A stretch of DNA of 63,854 nt, counting the filler, from Klebsormidium nitens (lineage: Eukaryota > Plantae > Klebsormidiophyceae), in assembly GCA_000708835.1 (NCBI GenBank). It is 7 parts of 7 records of this genome, joined end to end, with 100 filler letters (N's around TTAATTAATTAA, not from the genome) between each part and the next. Parts side by side here need not be neighbours in the genome. Positions count along the whole stretch, not along the records: positions 8,438 to 36,162 come from DF237809.1; positions 36,263 to 40,690 come from DF238558.1; 5 more parts are not named here. One strand, given 5' to 3'. Of the stretch, positions 25,959 to 39,200 are shown piece after piece. Below the pieces are notes generated by a model, which was not told where the DNA came from, did no database searches, and saw nothing but the letters and a program-made list of their open reading frames with translations. A program made the translations under genes and the position numbers. Each line of letters starts with the position of its first letter. Within the stretch, counting starts at the first letter, position 1.

Positions 25959-28759
25959 TGCTATAAAGACAATCTGTGCGGCGGCGCTATCCGATGCAAC
26001 TCACTTTCATACACGGCGGAAGATAACGTAAGCAACTATCATAGAACACTGTGGGCATGGATGGCTGTGAGCATGAAGATAAGATCGATGGTTGTAAGCG
26101 CTTATTTGCTTGAAAGCTTCTCTCTTAAAGTAGGCCCGGGTCCTTCTTCTTTGCTTCCCTTAAAGTCTGATTTTTACCTAGCAAAAAGTAGAATCGGACT
26201 CTAGTCGAACACTATATACAATCTGATTGTCATCAGGCTTCTCTTTGACCTGATTCTAGTTCCGGAACTCACTTGGCACGCGTGAAAGAGTTTAGCTAAC
26301 AGAGTTTCACGTGAAACTTACTGACGAGCCAATCAGGTCTCTGACACGCTGTACAACTTCATCTAACATTGGCTTCAAAAGTTAGTGCCGGGGATCCGCC
26401 GAGGTTACAATCACTAAGCACTCGGTTAAGTCTTAACTCTGTTAGTCGATTTCTACGGTAGCAACTTTTTGAGCTAACAGCTGTTATCTCACCCCCACCT
26501 TAAAACTACACGCGTCCTCGCGTGACTGTAGATTAGTGTGTTAATTGTGTATAGTGCATGTCCTGACCACCTTGTGTGCTGAGATTGTAATGTTTTCTGC
26601 GCCGACCGCGAGTGCGCAGTGTGTACAGTCATGCCGTAGACAGTGAGTAGCTAGTTTTTGAGGGGAGTGATTTATGAGATAACAATTACGCGTACTGACT
26701 TTCACATGTTCAAGCCGGGATTCCTTCAGAAGCTCAGCAAACTCTGCATTGAACTGACTTTCTTGATCAGTGACAATCTCAAAAGGGCAGCCATGACGCT
26801 CAAGGATCTCACGACGAAAAGCAGCAGCGACAAATTCGGGCTTTTTATTGGGAAGGATTTGAGTAGCAGCAAACTTGGTAGAGAAATCCATAACAGCCAT
26901 AATGTATTTCTTCTTCTTGTTCTTTTCATCAAAAGGTCCTATAAGATCAAGATGGATTCGAAAGAAGGGACTAGTGGAGGAGGCGGATTCAAGTCACGAT
27001 CGGTTCGAGCTTTCAGACCAGCGTTTTCATTCTGACCCTCGAGACAAGAAGAGATGCACTCGTTGCAAACTTCGACCATCTGAGGAAAGTAAAAACGCTG
27101 AGCAACTTTGGTACGAAACTTATGTTAATCCTTAGGATAGTGAGCCCAATCATTCTCGTGCAAGCTTTTTAGAACACTCTCAAGTTCATTCTCCCAAGGA
27201 CACGCAAAGGTTGACCTTCTCACGTTTGTGAAGTTGACGGCAATGTGGATGTACTCTTTAGCCCTACGTTTAAAGTTCTGACGGCGGGTTTTATTGTCTG
27301 CAGAAGATGGCAACTCGCCAGTTCGAAGGAAACGATCAAGATCATGCAAGCTCTGGTAATGTTTGACCCGAAGAGCATTTTTATCTTCCTCACTATATTT
27401 GTACTTTCGTTTTGAAACGGTAGATTTGGCCGAGACAGAGGGATCAGGGGCAGTTTCATCCATGACAACCGTCAGTCAGCCGAAGATAAGATGCACGACA
27501 GATATACACACACCCCAAGTAGAAAAAGTTGCTGACCGCAGCAACAACCAAGCTACGAGTCCATATCAAAATAGTCCAAACGGTTCTCGGGTTCTATGAT
27601 TCTCTTTAACTCGCGGTAAGCACTATCAGCGGCGATTCACTATCCTCTTCGGAATTGGAAGTAGAAGAGGAGGCGAAACTAGCAGCGTTCTGATTGACGG
27701 ATCCCTCATATGATTCAGACGAAGCGTTAAGACCGGAATGATAAGGATTTAATCACCGTAAGCGGGGCGGACACTAACGTCGCTATGGCCAGTACTAAGG
27801 GCAAGGGTGGGTCGAGGAAGAGGATGCGAAGAAATAGAAGACCGAGGAGAAGTGGCTCAAGGATAGCGCCAAGATTGGGGGGCCTATAGTAAGCCAACGC
27901 GCGGGTGATATACGGAGAACGAGCAAAGAACGTACGCCAGTCTCGTTCAAGATCGGTTTGCGGGTTGCCAAAACGGTAAGGGATGCTGGTGCCGTGAAGG
28001 AAGTTATAGGTGTAGGGGGGCCACATAGCACGCAGCAAAAAACTGGAAGGAAAGAAAGAAACTACTTCAGAGGGTTCCGAGCTAAATTCTAGCATCATCC
28101 TCAAGATAGGTATGTTCAAAAAGATGAGAAGCAACAGCACGAGAGAGAGCGTCTGCATTCAAGCTAGTGGCTTTTGCCAGCGCGGTGCTCAATCTTAAAA
28201 TTGAACTCAGCTTGAATCAGATACAAACAACGAGCAAGCTTCCCAGAGGTGGGATTGAGAGTTTTTAACCAAATCAAAGCTCGATCTGTTCGAATGATAA
28301 ACTCGGGACGACCACGAAGATAAACGGAACAGCGTTTCGAACCAAAGATGATAGCCAAACGTTCGATCGCCCTCAGTGGTAGAGAGGCGTTGCTCAGTAG
28401 CATTTAGGGTACGAGAAGCATACTCTAAAACTTGTTCACGTTTTTGACCAGGCGTTTTTATACCAAGGATGGCAGAAATAGCATTCTTCTGATAGTCAGT
28501 ATCTAAAACCAAGGTGTTGGTAGGGTCGTAACGAGTGAGGACGGGATACGAGCAAAGCGCATTTTTAAGGAACTCAAAAGAATCATGGCACTTCTCGGTC
28601 CAGACAAACGGGACGTTTTAGATAGGAGCTTGGTCATAGGACGCGCGATATGAAAGAATTTAGAAATAAACACACGATTATACTGAAGAAGACCCAGAAC
28701 TTGCTGGAGTTGATTGACAGTGGAGGGGGGCAAAAGTTTTTCTACTGCAGCGGGTTTTA

Positions 28760-29999
28760 ACCGGAACGCTAATCCGGGCCTTGGGGGATTCTGGAGGAAT
28801 TGGGGTTTGAAACAGGTCACAAGGGGTTAAAAAGGACCATATACAATATAGGGGTTTTGCAAGCTTTACAATACGGCACCATATACTATGTAAAGGGTTT
28901 TTCCTACTCGGGTAACAAGGTGAGTATCTAGCATTATATGAATATATACAAACTGAGGTGCACTCTGAAATCACCTGTAATGTAAGCAATCAAGCAATTA
29001 CGGTCATTCATGGAGCTATAAAGGAGGGGTGCACCTTGAAAATCACTTGTGATTTCAGCAATCAAGCAATTACAAGTTAACCACGGTGATACAGAGGGGC
29101 CGTGCATGGCGTAATTAGCCTACTTTAAGTAACGTGAGCAATTGACCGTATGTGGTGTATGTGCTCGGGCACTGTATGATCCATTAATTAGCCTAATTCG
29201 AGCAATCGAGCAATTGTACGTAAGAGGGGTTGACGAAGGGACTGCGCACGCCATAATTAGCGTAATTTGAGTAACACGAGCAATATGCCTTTCGTCGGTC
29301 ATGCTGGAAGCCTTGTAATTACGTAATTCCGGTAATTTGAGTGATTCAGGGGTGCAATTAGCAGAATTGCTCGAATTAGGCTAATTATCATGGAAACCAT
29401 GGGGAGGGTGCACCTGTAGGCTCTTAGCACTATGAGCAAGGGGTACACATACACCCTAGCCGGAGGAAGTCAAACATCTTGTAATCAGCTAATTTGGCTA
29501 ATTCGAGCAATTGAGAAGTTGTAGTTAGCAGAATCGCTCAAATTACCTATTTATCATGGAAAACATGGCAGGCATGCACCATGGGTCTTGGTGTTTTGAA
29601 CGAAGGAGAGAAGGAACATCCGAGGGATGTCAAAGCACCTTGTAATTAGCTAATTTGGCTAATTTAAGTAATTGTGAGAGGCACAGATTGCGGAATTACT
29701 CCAATTAGCTAATTATTGGGGAAATCATGGTTATGGTACTCCTGCCCGCACGCACTAGCGTGAAGCAAAGTGTTCAACAATATTTGAGGCCCGATGATCA
29801 TGCTAAGTTTCAGTAGAAGTTCAAGCTATTTATGGTACAAACTCAAAGGCATAAAAGTGCTCGAAAAGACAATATAAGACGGAAACAAACATCCAGGGGT
29901 CTTTGGCTTTGCTTAAGGGTTAACCAATGGTAACCATGTTATAGACTACGTCCCGGAATTCCTCCAAAATCCCCCAAGGCCCGGATTAGCGTCCCCCTA
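28760..29999. mobile_element. Non-autonomous TIR element (~1.24 kb) inserted in element C RT
   Basis: 36-bp inverted repeats at 28766-28801 and 29957-29992 (1 mismatch). Flanking direct repeat GGTTTTA at 28753-28759 and 30000-30006. AT-rich interior with many AATTAGCTAATT/AGCAATT repeats. RT coding sequence resumes on both sides. One end starts TAGGG (hAT-like, inferred). Confidence 0.85.
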
Positions 30000-32900
30000 G
30001 GTTTTACGTTTGCTCATAGTCATTTGACCATCACGTATAACATGACCAAGGAACTCGATTGAGTTTGTACCAAATTCGCACTTAGGGGGACAAAGGTTGA
30101 GGCCAGTCCAGATTAAACATTTAACGACACGGTCGAGATGGCTAGCAAGATCAGAAAGAGAGTCAGCGTAAATGCACATATCGTCAATAAAGATTTTAAG
30201 AAAAGAACCCCAATCCATAGGCGGAAAAATCATCTCTTGCAGGCGGGTAAAAGTGGCAGGAGCGTTCGTTAAACCCATGGGCATAACAAGCCACTCAAAC
30301 AAGCCAAGGTTGCGAAGGCAGAAGGCAATGTACTGACGGTTTTCAGGTTTCATTGGAACGTTGTAAAAACCGCTAGTAATATCCATAGTGGCAAACAGTT
30401 TAGCACGGCCTAACTGATGCTGAAGATCAGACATAAAAGGAAGAGGCATGGACCAAGGCTTGGTGGCATCATTGAGTTTACGATAGTCAACGACCATACG
30501 ATAAGTTCCAGGTTCTTTCTTGGGCACAGGAAACGCAGGACTAGACCAGGGAGACTTGCTAGGTTGAATCTGACCCTCTCGAATCAAAGTTTGGACATAA
30601 TTGGCAGCATAACGTTGCTCATCAAAAGATTACTTGTAGGGCTTAAGCATGACAAGGTTACAGCGGACTAAATCGATTTCGTGCTCAATTAAAGTGGTAT
30701 AACCAAGGTCTCCTTTACTACCACTAAAAGCTTGTCTGTTGTTACGAACAACTGACATGAGGAGCTCAGCTTCCTCATGCAAACGATTCGAACCAGATTT
30801 GATATCATTCACAATAGACTCAATCTCCTCAGAGGTATATTCGGGTTTCTTATAACAGCTTCTTGTGTGTAAATTTCGTGAGTAGAATCAGAAGAAAGTC
30901 CGATTTGTACGCGAAGAAGATTTTCCGGCGGTTCGGACAGGGACAAATGATGGAGCCAAACGAATTCACGAAGCTCATGATTTCGTAGAGCACTTCTAGC
31001 TTTGCGAAGGATCTTGCGAAGTTTGCCAGCTTTGAAACCATTTGATTTCAACCAACCTCTCACAGCCTCAAGATCAGAATCGGAACGAACTTTCACACCA
31101 AAGGCAACACGTTCCGAGTCAGAAGACGCGCGATACTTGACCAAGTCTTCTCGAGTGAGGGGCGGCTGAGAATCCGTCCGTTTTTGGGACCGATCTTAGA
31201 ACACAGGGAGAACTTAGGCACGCACTGGTCAACCCAAGCCGTTTGCAAAGGGGCATCTTCTTGAGTGACGAAGTAATAATTTTCCTCACGAGATTGAGAA
31301 AGAGGGGGCAACTCGTGAAGCATGGGGACGATAACCTTTTGACCAGAAAAGTGGAAAGCAACTTCCTGAGAGCTACGCAAAAGATCGACGCGCAGAGGAC
31401 CCATCACGTCGTTGGCAGGCAACTTGAACATCTTGTAAGGACAATTTGCGGGCATAACAATCATAGGAGTTTTGGTTTTCAGACGCCCAATTCGCAGATG
31501 CACATTAACTTTGCCAATTGCCTTGTATGTATCTCCGTGAGAGGTACGATATGTCATACTAGTGCTGCGAATTATGCTGCCAGCCTGCTTGGATGACTAC
31601 GGACTCGGGAATACCAGAAAAGGTGGCGCCATAATCTGAAGTTATAACTTGGTTCTTTAGTTTACCAATGTCTGCATGAATCTCAGTGCGGATGGGAAAG
31701 GTAGGGCGAGACTCGCCGACAAGCTGGGCTTTCAAAAAGTGGGCATCATTCGAAAAGCTTTGAGTGTAAACGGAGGAAGATTCAACGGCAGAGGCGGAAT
31801 TTTTATAACAAGAAAAAGTCACGTTTTTCCGACTATCATTGTAAAGCATGGGACCAGCGCCACCAGAGAGGCGAGCAGATGATTCAGCAGGAACTTTTCC
31901 TTGATCAGGATTCTTTCTAAAGCCCGCGGAGGGCGACGTTCAAGAGAGAAAGCCGCATCAATAAAATGGTGAAGATCAGTTCTGAAGTGCTTTCGGTGTT
32001 TGTGCGACACCAGACTGGAATGCAGAGGCTTGAAAAGCTCCTTGATTATACCATAATTTTGCGCGCTACTTGAGCTCACGATTTCGCTTACGAGTTTTAC
32101 TACGTTTCTTCTTTTCCTCAGTAGACAAAGGGTTTCAAGACAGGCTTAACAGGCTCACGACGACGAGGAAGAGTATTGAGACACGTTTCGGAGACTTAGC
32201 AAGGGACTTTTGCTGATCTCTACCACCCTTATCACGATTACGTTTCTGGGCAAAAGCATCAGCTTTATCTTCACTTTCAGAGGACGACTCATAGTCGGAC
32301 TCAGAATCAGAATCTTCATCAAAAGAGTCACCATCTTCAGCATAAAAGTCGACACTAGAGGGAGGTACGACAGAGACGACGATGTAAGCGGAATCTTCAT
32401 CATTCGAAAAAAGGTCATTTTGAAGTGCTGGACTCACTATCTGAATCTTCGCTTTGCATAAAGTTCGAAGAGTTGAAACGATTGGGGTGATTGGGACAAC
32501 CATCTCTGTAATTCTTCCAGAAGTTACAAATGTGGAAAGGATTTTTAGGCGGATTCACACAATTGCTCGGCCTATGGCCGACCTCATCACAACGGGGGCA
32601 GAACAGAAACTGACCATCAGGAAGCTTTCCGTTCTGAAACTTGTCATCCAATTGAGACTAAGGTGCAGGCGTAGACTGAGAAGCAGACGGAGGGGCAGAG
32701 AAATTTTGTTTATGCGCAAGATACAAGTCAGTGGTCATTTTCTTTACTTGCGCTACTTCACGACCTATCTCAGGTTGTTGTCCTGGAAAAGATGTAAAAA
32801 GATCCTCGGCAATTTTGGCCATCGAGATAGCATCAGACAAAGTGGTGGGTTGCCCGGCAAAAATACCCTCACGCAAGCCTAGACGCAAGGTGACGAATGA

Positions 32901-33933
32901 GATAGTGGACTTGTTGCTCAGCAGAGATGCCATCAATTTGTCTGAAGTATCTCTGCATCGCAGTGGCGTACTCACCGACAGACAAGTCATTTTGATGAAA
33001 AGCCAACATTTCCATACGAAGCTAATCCTGATTCTTATCCCCATATTCCTGAAGAAAAGCGACTCGGGATTGCTCCCATGTCGGATCTTCCGGTTGGATT
33101 TCATCCCACGTACTCTCTGGCTTGATCCGTACACGAAAATCGAGCGGCAGGAATTATCTGACTTTCAGACGTGTTGTACAAGATACGAATTTGTTCTAAG
33201 TCTCTCAACCAAGATTTTGCAGTCAAGCCCTTCCTACGACCGTCAAACTTGGGCAAAGCCTGTAACGGCACAGTGGAAGAACGTCCAACATTCACAGGAT
33301 TTGCAACGAAAGCAGGCTCAATTTCAGAAGGTGGCTGGTACAGATTTGAACGGGCAAAAGGATTGACATACGTGCTGAGATACTTGAGAAGAGGGCGGTA
33401 CAGGAGGAAAAGTAAAAGAATTCAAATTTTGTCTACCAAAAGCTAGGTGAACAGGAGGAGCAGTGGATTGAACGTTAGAGTAACCAAGGCGTGGGTCAAA
33501 TCCTTGATTCTCTACTCTATTTCGAGCGTTAGGATATGCATTAGACGCTGGCATGGTAGTAGAGGCAGGCCCAGGCACTCGAGCAAAACCGGAAGCAAAC
33601 TCACTAGTCACAGTAGGAGCGTTTGTGTACTCAGGTCGGAAATGGGGAAAGAGTGCATATTAGGGTATGGAGTTCGACTAACATTAACGGACCTTACTGT
33701 TTGAGATGGTCCTAAGTTCCTAGGCTGAGGAGGACGAGAGTCGACAGCAGTAGGATCAAAAACGCCGGTTGAGGTTGTGTAGTAAATGCACTAGCTGATG
33801 ATGCAGGTGTGCCAGACATATTGACAATCACTGAAGGCAAGTCTGCAGACTGTGGGGGTTGAACTTCAAATGATTGGTTCAAAATCCGAGAAGACTGTCC
33901 TAAAGTCGGCAAAAGTCCAGAAAAGTCAACTCC

Positions 33934-34079
33934 TGAAGTTCGTACAATCGGATAGAGACTCTGCTCATGATTGTGTACTGAGGCGAGAGTTTGAGAGAGA
34001 GAGAGTTGAAGTTCGTACAATCGGATAGAGACTCTGCTCATGATTGTGTACTGAGGCGAGAGTTTGAGAGAGAGAGAGT
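33934..34079. repeat. Perfect 73-bp tandem duplication in element C gag 5' region
   Basis: 33934-34006 equals 34007-34079. The length is not a multiple of 3, so it shifts the frame. Confidence 0.9.
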
Positions 34080-35872
34080 CCGTACCAGGACGGACGGACA
34101 CCAGGACGGACACCAGACACAGAAGACGGCCGACCTTGCTGGCAGTCATTTGCATGCGAATTAGTGTCGACACGTGCATGCAAGTCCGGGACACTGACAT
34201 AGTGGGCATGAGCCCGGCTAAAAGAAGGATCAGAGGACGGAAGAGTTTCAGAACACGTGGTGAAAGTTTGCATGCGAGTTTCGAATGTCCGATTCAACTC
34301 CTGAGACTCTTCTAGCAACTTTCGGAAGGTCAAGTTTTCGTGAAGGTTGTTTTGAGCTTGAGCCAACAAATTCTCCACCTTCTCAAAAGAGTATCCTCGG
34401 TTTGGGATGATGTCATTGAAGGTGGAGGTGGTTCGTCTTGCGACTCACCCGGAGGTCCCATGGTTTTGGCTATCACTCAACCAAGACACACCCGGAAAAA
34501 ATGATGAGACACACTGTGGCACCCAAACTTACAAAACCTTCAGCCACTCACCAATCGAATCAAGCGGAGAAAAGACTCACCTTATCAAGATCAGAAATCA
34601 GAACCCAAGACTTTTAGGGGTGATCTATCTACTCGTTAGGGAGAACTAACCTTTTGGCATAGATGTTGAGCGGTGGACGGGGAAAAGCTAGAACAACTAA
34701 ACGCTTTTAGCTCAATCTTGGGCACGTAGCCGCAGTCGCCACAGCCAACTGGTGAAGTAATGGAAGTACACCTCGTACACCTCGAAGAAGACAATCACAG
34801 CTCCACCAATAGGAAGAAGCTGGAAACGGTTTGATGCAGTCCAAAGGAGTCCGCTCAAAATCTGCTCAAGGGGAATACAAGTAGTAAGCATTGTGCTCGG
34901 ACGGGAAGGTAAGTGAGTCGCAAGAAATTTCAGAATCCAGGGCGAGGAGAATTGCCAAAACCCCTTCTTTGTACTGAAACTGTCTACAACCTGTTGTACT
35001 TCCTTCACAAATTGCCCGAGAGAAGAGAGTTTAGGTGAAATTTCCTTTTTGAGCTAGAAATGAGCTAGAAGCATGTAGCTAACCAAGAAACATGTATAAA
35101 TTTGCTCTCCCCCGCGCATGTAAAGCATGCATGAAGACTCTACTCTACCCCAAAAGGCATGCAAATAGCCGGCTATCCCGGCAACGGAACCAAAAAGCAC
35201 ACCCCCAAAAACATACTACTACTCGGCGACTTGGGGGCAAAACGGAATAACGGAACGGATGCTTTGTTGCAAGAGCTTGATTGCGAGTTCAATATCTGAG
35301 AATGAAGGCCTAACTCGACCATCGGAAGGTTGAGAGCAAGCTTCGACGGCGCTGTCGCGACGCTGGGCAAATCGGGCGATCACCTGAATCACCGGGCAGC
35401 ACCGCCGAGTCGCCTCGGCGACCGACGCGGCAGCGTGAATGCCTTCGCGGCGACGCGAGGGCGTTATACACTTGCGCCGTCGCAACCAGTCGACGCACAA
35501 ACACGTGCGGCAGAATTGTGAAATTTTCAAAATCTACCGTCGATGAAAATCACGCTCAAAAATCGGCGTCCGGAATTTGCCCCGCAACTGTAACGGTTTG
35601 TCTCGATTCGAAGTTACTTCACATGACTGCTAGCTGGAGTGGTACTACTTCTCGGTAGTATCGCACTTGTCCGGTTAGCTTTGCATGGGCCCCACGTATA
35701 TTTCGCTGCCTGCTAATCGATAGTTAAGTCGTCTGTAGCTCCACGCTGAGTTACGCTAACAGTTAGATGTGGGTTAGTATAACTCTGAGCCATACGGGAG
35801 TGGGAACTAGGAGTGGTGTTTATTGTAAATTGCTAGTGGTCACAGCGTTCCGGTGGTCTTCCTAGTGCAGTA

Positions 35873-36158
35873 CACTGTTCGGCCCTTCCTCCTCCTCATT
35901 TTCCTCCTCACTTCGGGTTTCTCCTTTTCTTCGGCGAAAAAAAGGAGGAGGAGGAAGGCCGAAATCGGGGTACTTACCCTTCCCAGGAAAGCTGCAAAAA
36001 AAATCCAAGTCACAAAACCGGTTTCCTCCGATCCGATCCCTCCGAAAATTCGGCGAGCAAAATTAGGAGGAGGAAGGCCGAATTTGGGGAAGTAAACTGT
36101 CTCCGAATATTCGGCGAGAGAAATGAGGAGGAGGAATCGACCGTAAATCCGAGTAGTG
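35873..36158. mobile_element. MITE-like element (286 bp) with CACT termini and TA flanks
   Basis: Left end CACTGTTCGG, right end reverse complement CACTACTCGG. Both carry TTCCTCCTCCTCATTT subterminally, with TA on both sides. The same TACACTGTT end recurs at 40682 just before a gap. Confidence 0.6.
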
Positions 36159-36262
36159 TATTNNNNNNNNNNNNNNNNNNNNNNNNNNNNNNNNNNNNNN
36201 NNNNNNTTAATTAATTAANNNNNNNNNNNNNNNNNNNNNNNNNNNNNNNNNNNNNNNNNNNN

Positions 36263-39200
36263 TTTCTTAGAACCTCAATGCCCGCAAGTGGGTACGCTCC
36301 ATCAGTTACAGTGTAAAGTGGGCGGCGTGGTCGTACAGTCTCAGCTTGTACCCAGTACTTGATAATTGTTTCTTAGAACCTTAGTGCCCGCAAGTGGGTA
36401 CGCTCCATCAGTTACAGTGTAAAATGCGCGGCGTGGTCGTACAGTCTCAGCTTGTACCCAGTACTTGATAATTGTTTCTTAGAACCTTAATGCCTGCAGG
36501 TGGGTACGCTCCATTAGTTACAGTACAAAGTGGGCGGCGTGGTCGTAAAACCTTAGCTTGTAGCTGTTGGGCACTTTCTTCTTGAATCCTATTGCCCGCA
36601 AGTGGGTACGCGCTATATTGGGCGGTTTGGCCAACGGTGGTGCCCACAATGTCAAGCGGCATGGCCGCCGATTGTACCCAGTGCCGACGTCTTATTTTTC
36701 AACATCCTAATGACCACTAGTGGGTACGCGCGATTCTGAGTGGTCTGGCCGTCCCACGTCTGGCAGGGCGTACCCAGTTCTGGCCATCTGGGTCTTGAAA
36801 TCCTTATGCTTGTTAGAGGGTACGTTCTTTTCGGGGCAGCATGGCCGACCCCCGTCTCGCACTGCCCACTGCTGGCATCTTCTTTCTCGAATCTATAGTG
36901 CCGGCTAACAGGTACGCACCATTCGAGGTGGCATGGCCGACCCCCCGTTCCGTGCATATCCACTGCTGGCTCAAATGTTGGTTCTTGGTATCTCATCTCT
37001 CCTGCAATGATAACTCTCTATCTCGTTCCTTCTCTTTGTACTTATTGTTGGCCAGCTCGTGCATGCATCGGACGGCACTGCACCAGCACCACTGCCCACG
37101 GCGACCTTGGAGCTGCCACAACCTCCCGCTGCTCTCTTTGATCGCCCTCCATATCCTCAGAAACGTCCTTGCCCGAGGATGATTTAGGCAGTTTTTAAAG
37201 AGCCGGGGGCGATACAAGAAGGGCGTGTCGCGAGCGGGTATGAAAGACCACACCCTCGTTCTAGATGCGGACGGGGTGGATCGTCTGAGCAAGCTCGCCA
37301 AGTTGCAGTTCCGGGAAGTCCACACGTGGTGGAAGCATCGGCTTAAGCTCAAGCCCGGGGTTTGCGAGTTTCTAGATTCGGTTGATGTGTCTAGCTTCGA
37401 TCCTCTCTTGGCCCGACCGTCGGGCCACCCCCTCTTGGCACAGGTGACCGACCCTAAGCCCGAGCCAGTCGAGAAGTGTGAGCTTAGCATTCCCGCGCCC
37501 CGGCGTAGCAACGAGCCTTAGCAGGCAAGGTATATATCCTGAGTCTACACAGGCTGCTTCCATCATCAGTTATTGCCCTGGGGCACATACGAGGTATTGT
37601 AATATAATCCGAGCACAAGGATGCAAAAGTTGGTAGATGCTTCTGTAGATCCAAATCACATGGTAGCCCCCTTTGCACATGTACCCAGTAGCTTTCGATT
37701 CTTTCTAGAGATCCTTATGCCTGTCAGTGGGTACGCGCTATCAATCGCAAGGATATTGAGTGGCATGATCGTCGCACGTACCCGGTAGCTTTCGATTCTT
37801 TCTATAGACTCCAAATGCCCGTCAGTGGGTACGCGCTATCAATCGCAAGGATATCGAGTGTCATGATCGTCGCACGTACCCGGTAGCTTTCGATTCTTTC
37901 TATAGATCCAAATGGCCGTCAGTGGGTACGCGCCATCAATCTCAAGGATATCGAGTGGCATGCTCATGGCATGTACCCAATTGTGACCATGGCATGTACC
38001 CAGTCGTGACCAAACTTTTATAAACTCCAAATGCCCGTCAGTGGGTACGCGCCATCAATCGCAAAGATATCGAGTGGCATGATTGTCGCATGTACCCAGT
38101 TGTGACCAAATCTTTATAGACACCAAATGCCCGCCAGTGGGTACGCGCTGTCAATTACAATTAAATCGGGATTGTAACCCACATGGTCGTCTNNNNNNNN
38201 NNNNNNNNNNNNNNNNNNNNNNNNNNNNNNNNNNNNNNNNNNNNNNNNNNNNNNNNNNNNNNNNNNNNNNNNNNNNNNNNNNNNNNNNNNNNNNNNNNNN
38301 NNNNNNNNNNNNNNNNNNNNNNNNNNNNNNNNNNNNNNNNNNNNNNNNNNNNNNNNNNNNNNNNNNNNNNNNNNNNNNNNNNNNNNNNNNNNNNNNNNNN
38401 NNNNNNNNNNNNNNNNNNNNNNNNNNNNNNNNNNNNNNNNNNNNNNNNNNNNNNNNNNNNNNNNNNNNNNNNNNNNNNNNNNNNNNNNNNNNNNNNNNNN
38501 NNNNNNNNNNNNNNNNNNNNNNNNNNNNNNNNNNNNNNNNNNNNNNNNNNNNNNNNNNNNNNNNNNNNNNNNNNNNNNNNNNNNNNNNNNNNNNNNNNNN
38601 NNNNNNNNNNNNNNNNNNNNNNNNNNNNNNNNNNNNNNNNNNNNNNNNNNNNNNNNNNNNNNNNNNNNNNNNNNNNNNNNNNNNNNNNNNNNNNNNNNNN
38701 NNNNNNNNNNNNNNNNNNNNNNNNNNNNNNNNNNNNNNNNNNNNNNNNNNNNNNNNNNNNNNNNNNNNNNNNNNNNNNNNNNNNNNNNNNNNNNNNNNNN
38801 NNNNNNNNNNNNNNNNNNNNNNNNNNNNNNNNNNNNNNNNNNNNNNNNNNNNNNNNNNNNNNNNNNNNNNNNNNNNNNNNNNNNNNNNNNNNNNNNNNNN
38901 NNNNNNNNNNNNNNNNNNNNNNNNNNNNNNNNNNNNNNNNNNNNNNNNTGTAACCCACATGGTCGTCTCGGATGATTGTCGCTATCAATTGCAAGGATAT
39001 CGAGTGGCATAATCGTCGCACGTACCCAGTCGTGACCAAATCTTTATAGACACCAAATGCCCGCCAGTGGGTACGCGCTGTCAATTACAAATCGGGATTG
39101 TAACTTGCACGGCCGTGTCGGATGATTGTCGGCTGTTTGCTCTCTAGACCGCGCATGTACCAAGCATCGTTTGATTGATTCGTAGGACACTGGTTGCCCC

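Larger units (their letters stand above)
26486..34378 (-). mobile_element. Gypsy-like retroelement C, decayed paralog of element B, convergent with it
   Basis: gag (LPKFDGRRKGLTAKSWL; PTTLSDAISMAKIAED), knuckle CPRCDEVGHRPSNC, PR (SDYGATFSGIP), RT (SPWSSPAF..FIDDMC), RH (LDTDYQKNAISAIL..YASRTL) and IN (KYKYSEEDK..FLRTGELP..NFKRRAK; VTDQESQF). PPT-like AAGGTGGGGG at 26501-26492 is followed by TGAGAT. Many frameshifts. Confidence 0.9.

Noticed and set aside
34712-35008. ORF upstream of element C gag
   Set aside because: Short, no clear start, no counterpart in element B, and no motif.
36980-37600. Coding-like insert in the tandem array (ORFs 36993-37511 minus, 37225-37521 plus)
   Set aside because: No recognisable motifs, frames are broken, and no TSD was found.
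38083-39084. Long ORFs spanning N runs (also 54951-55568)
   Set aside because: Artefacts of translating Ns.
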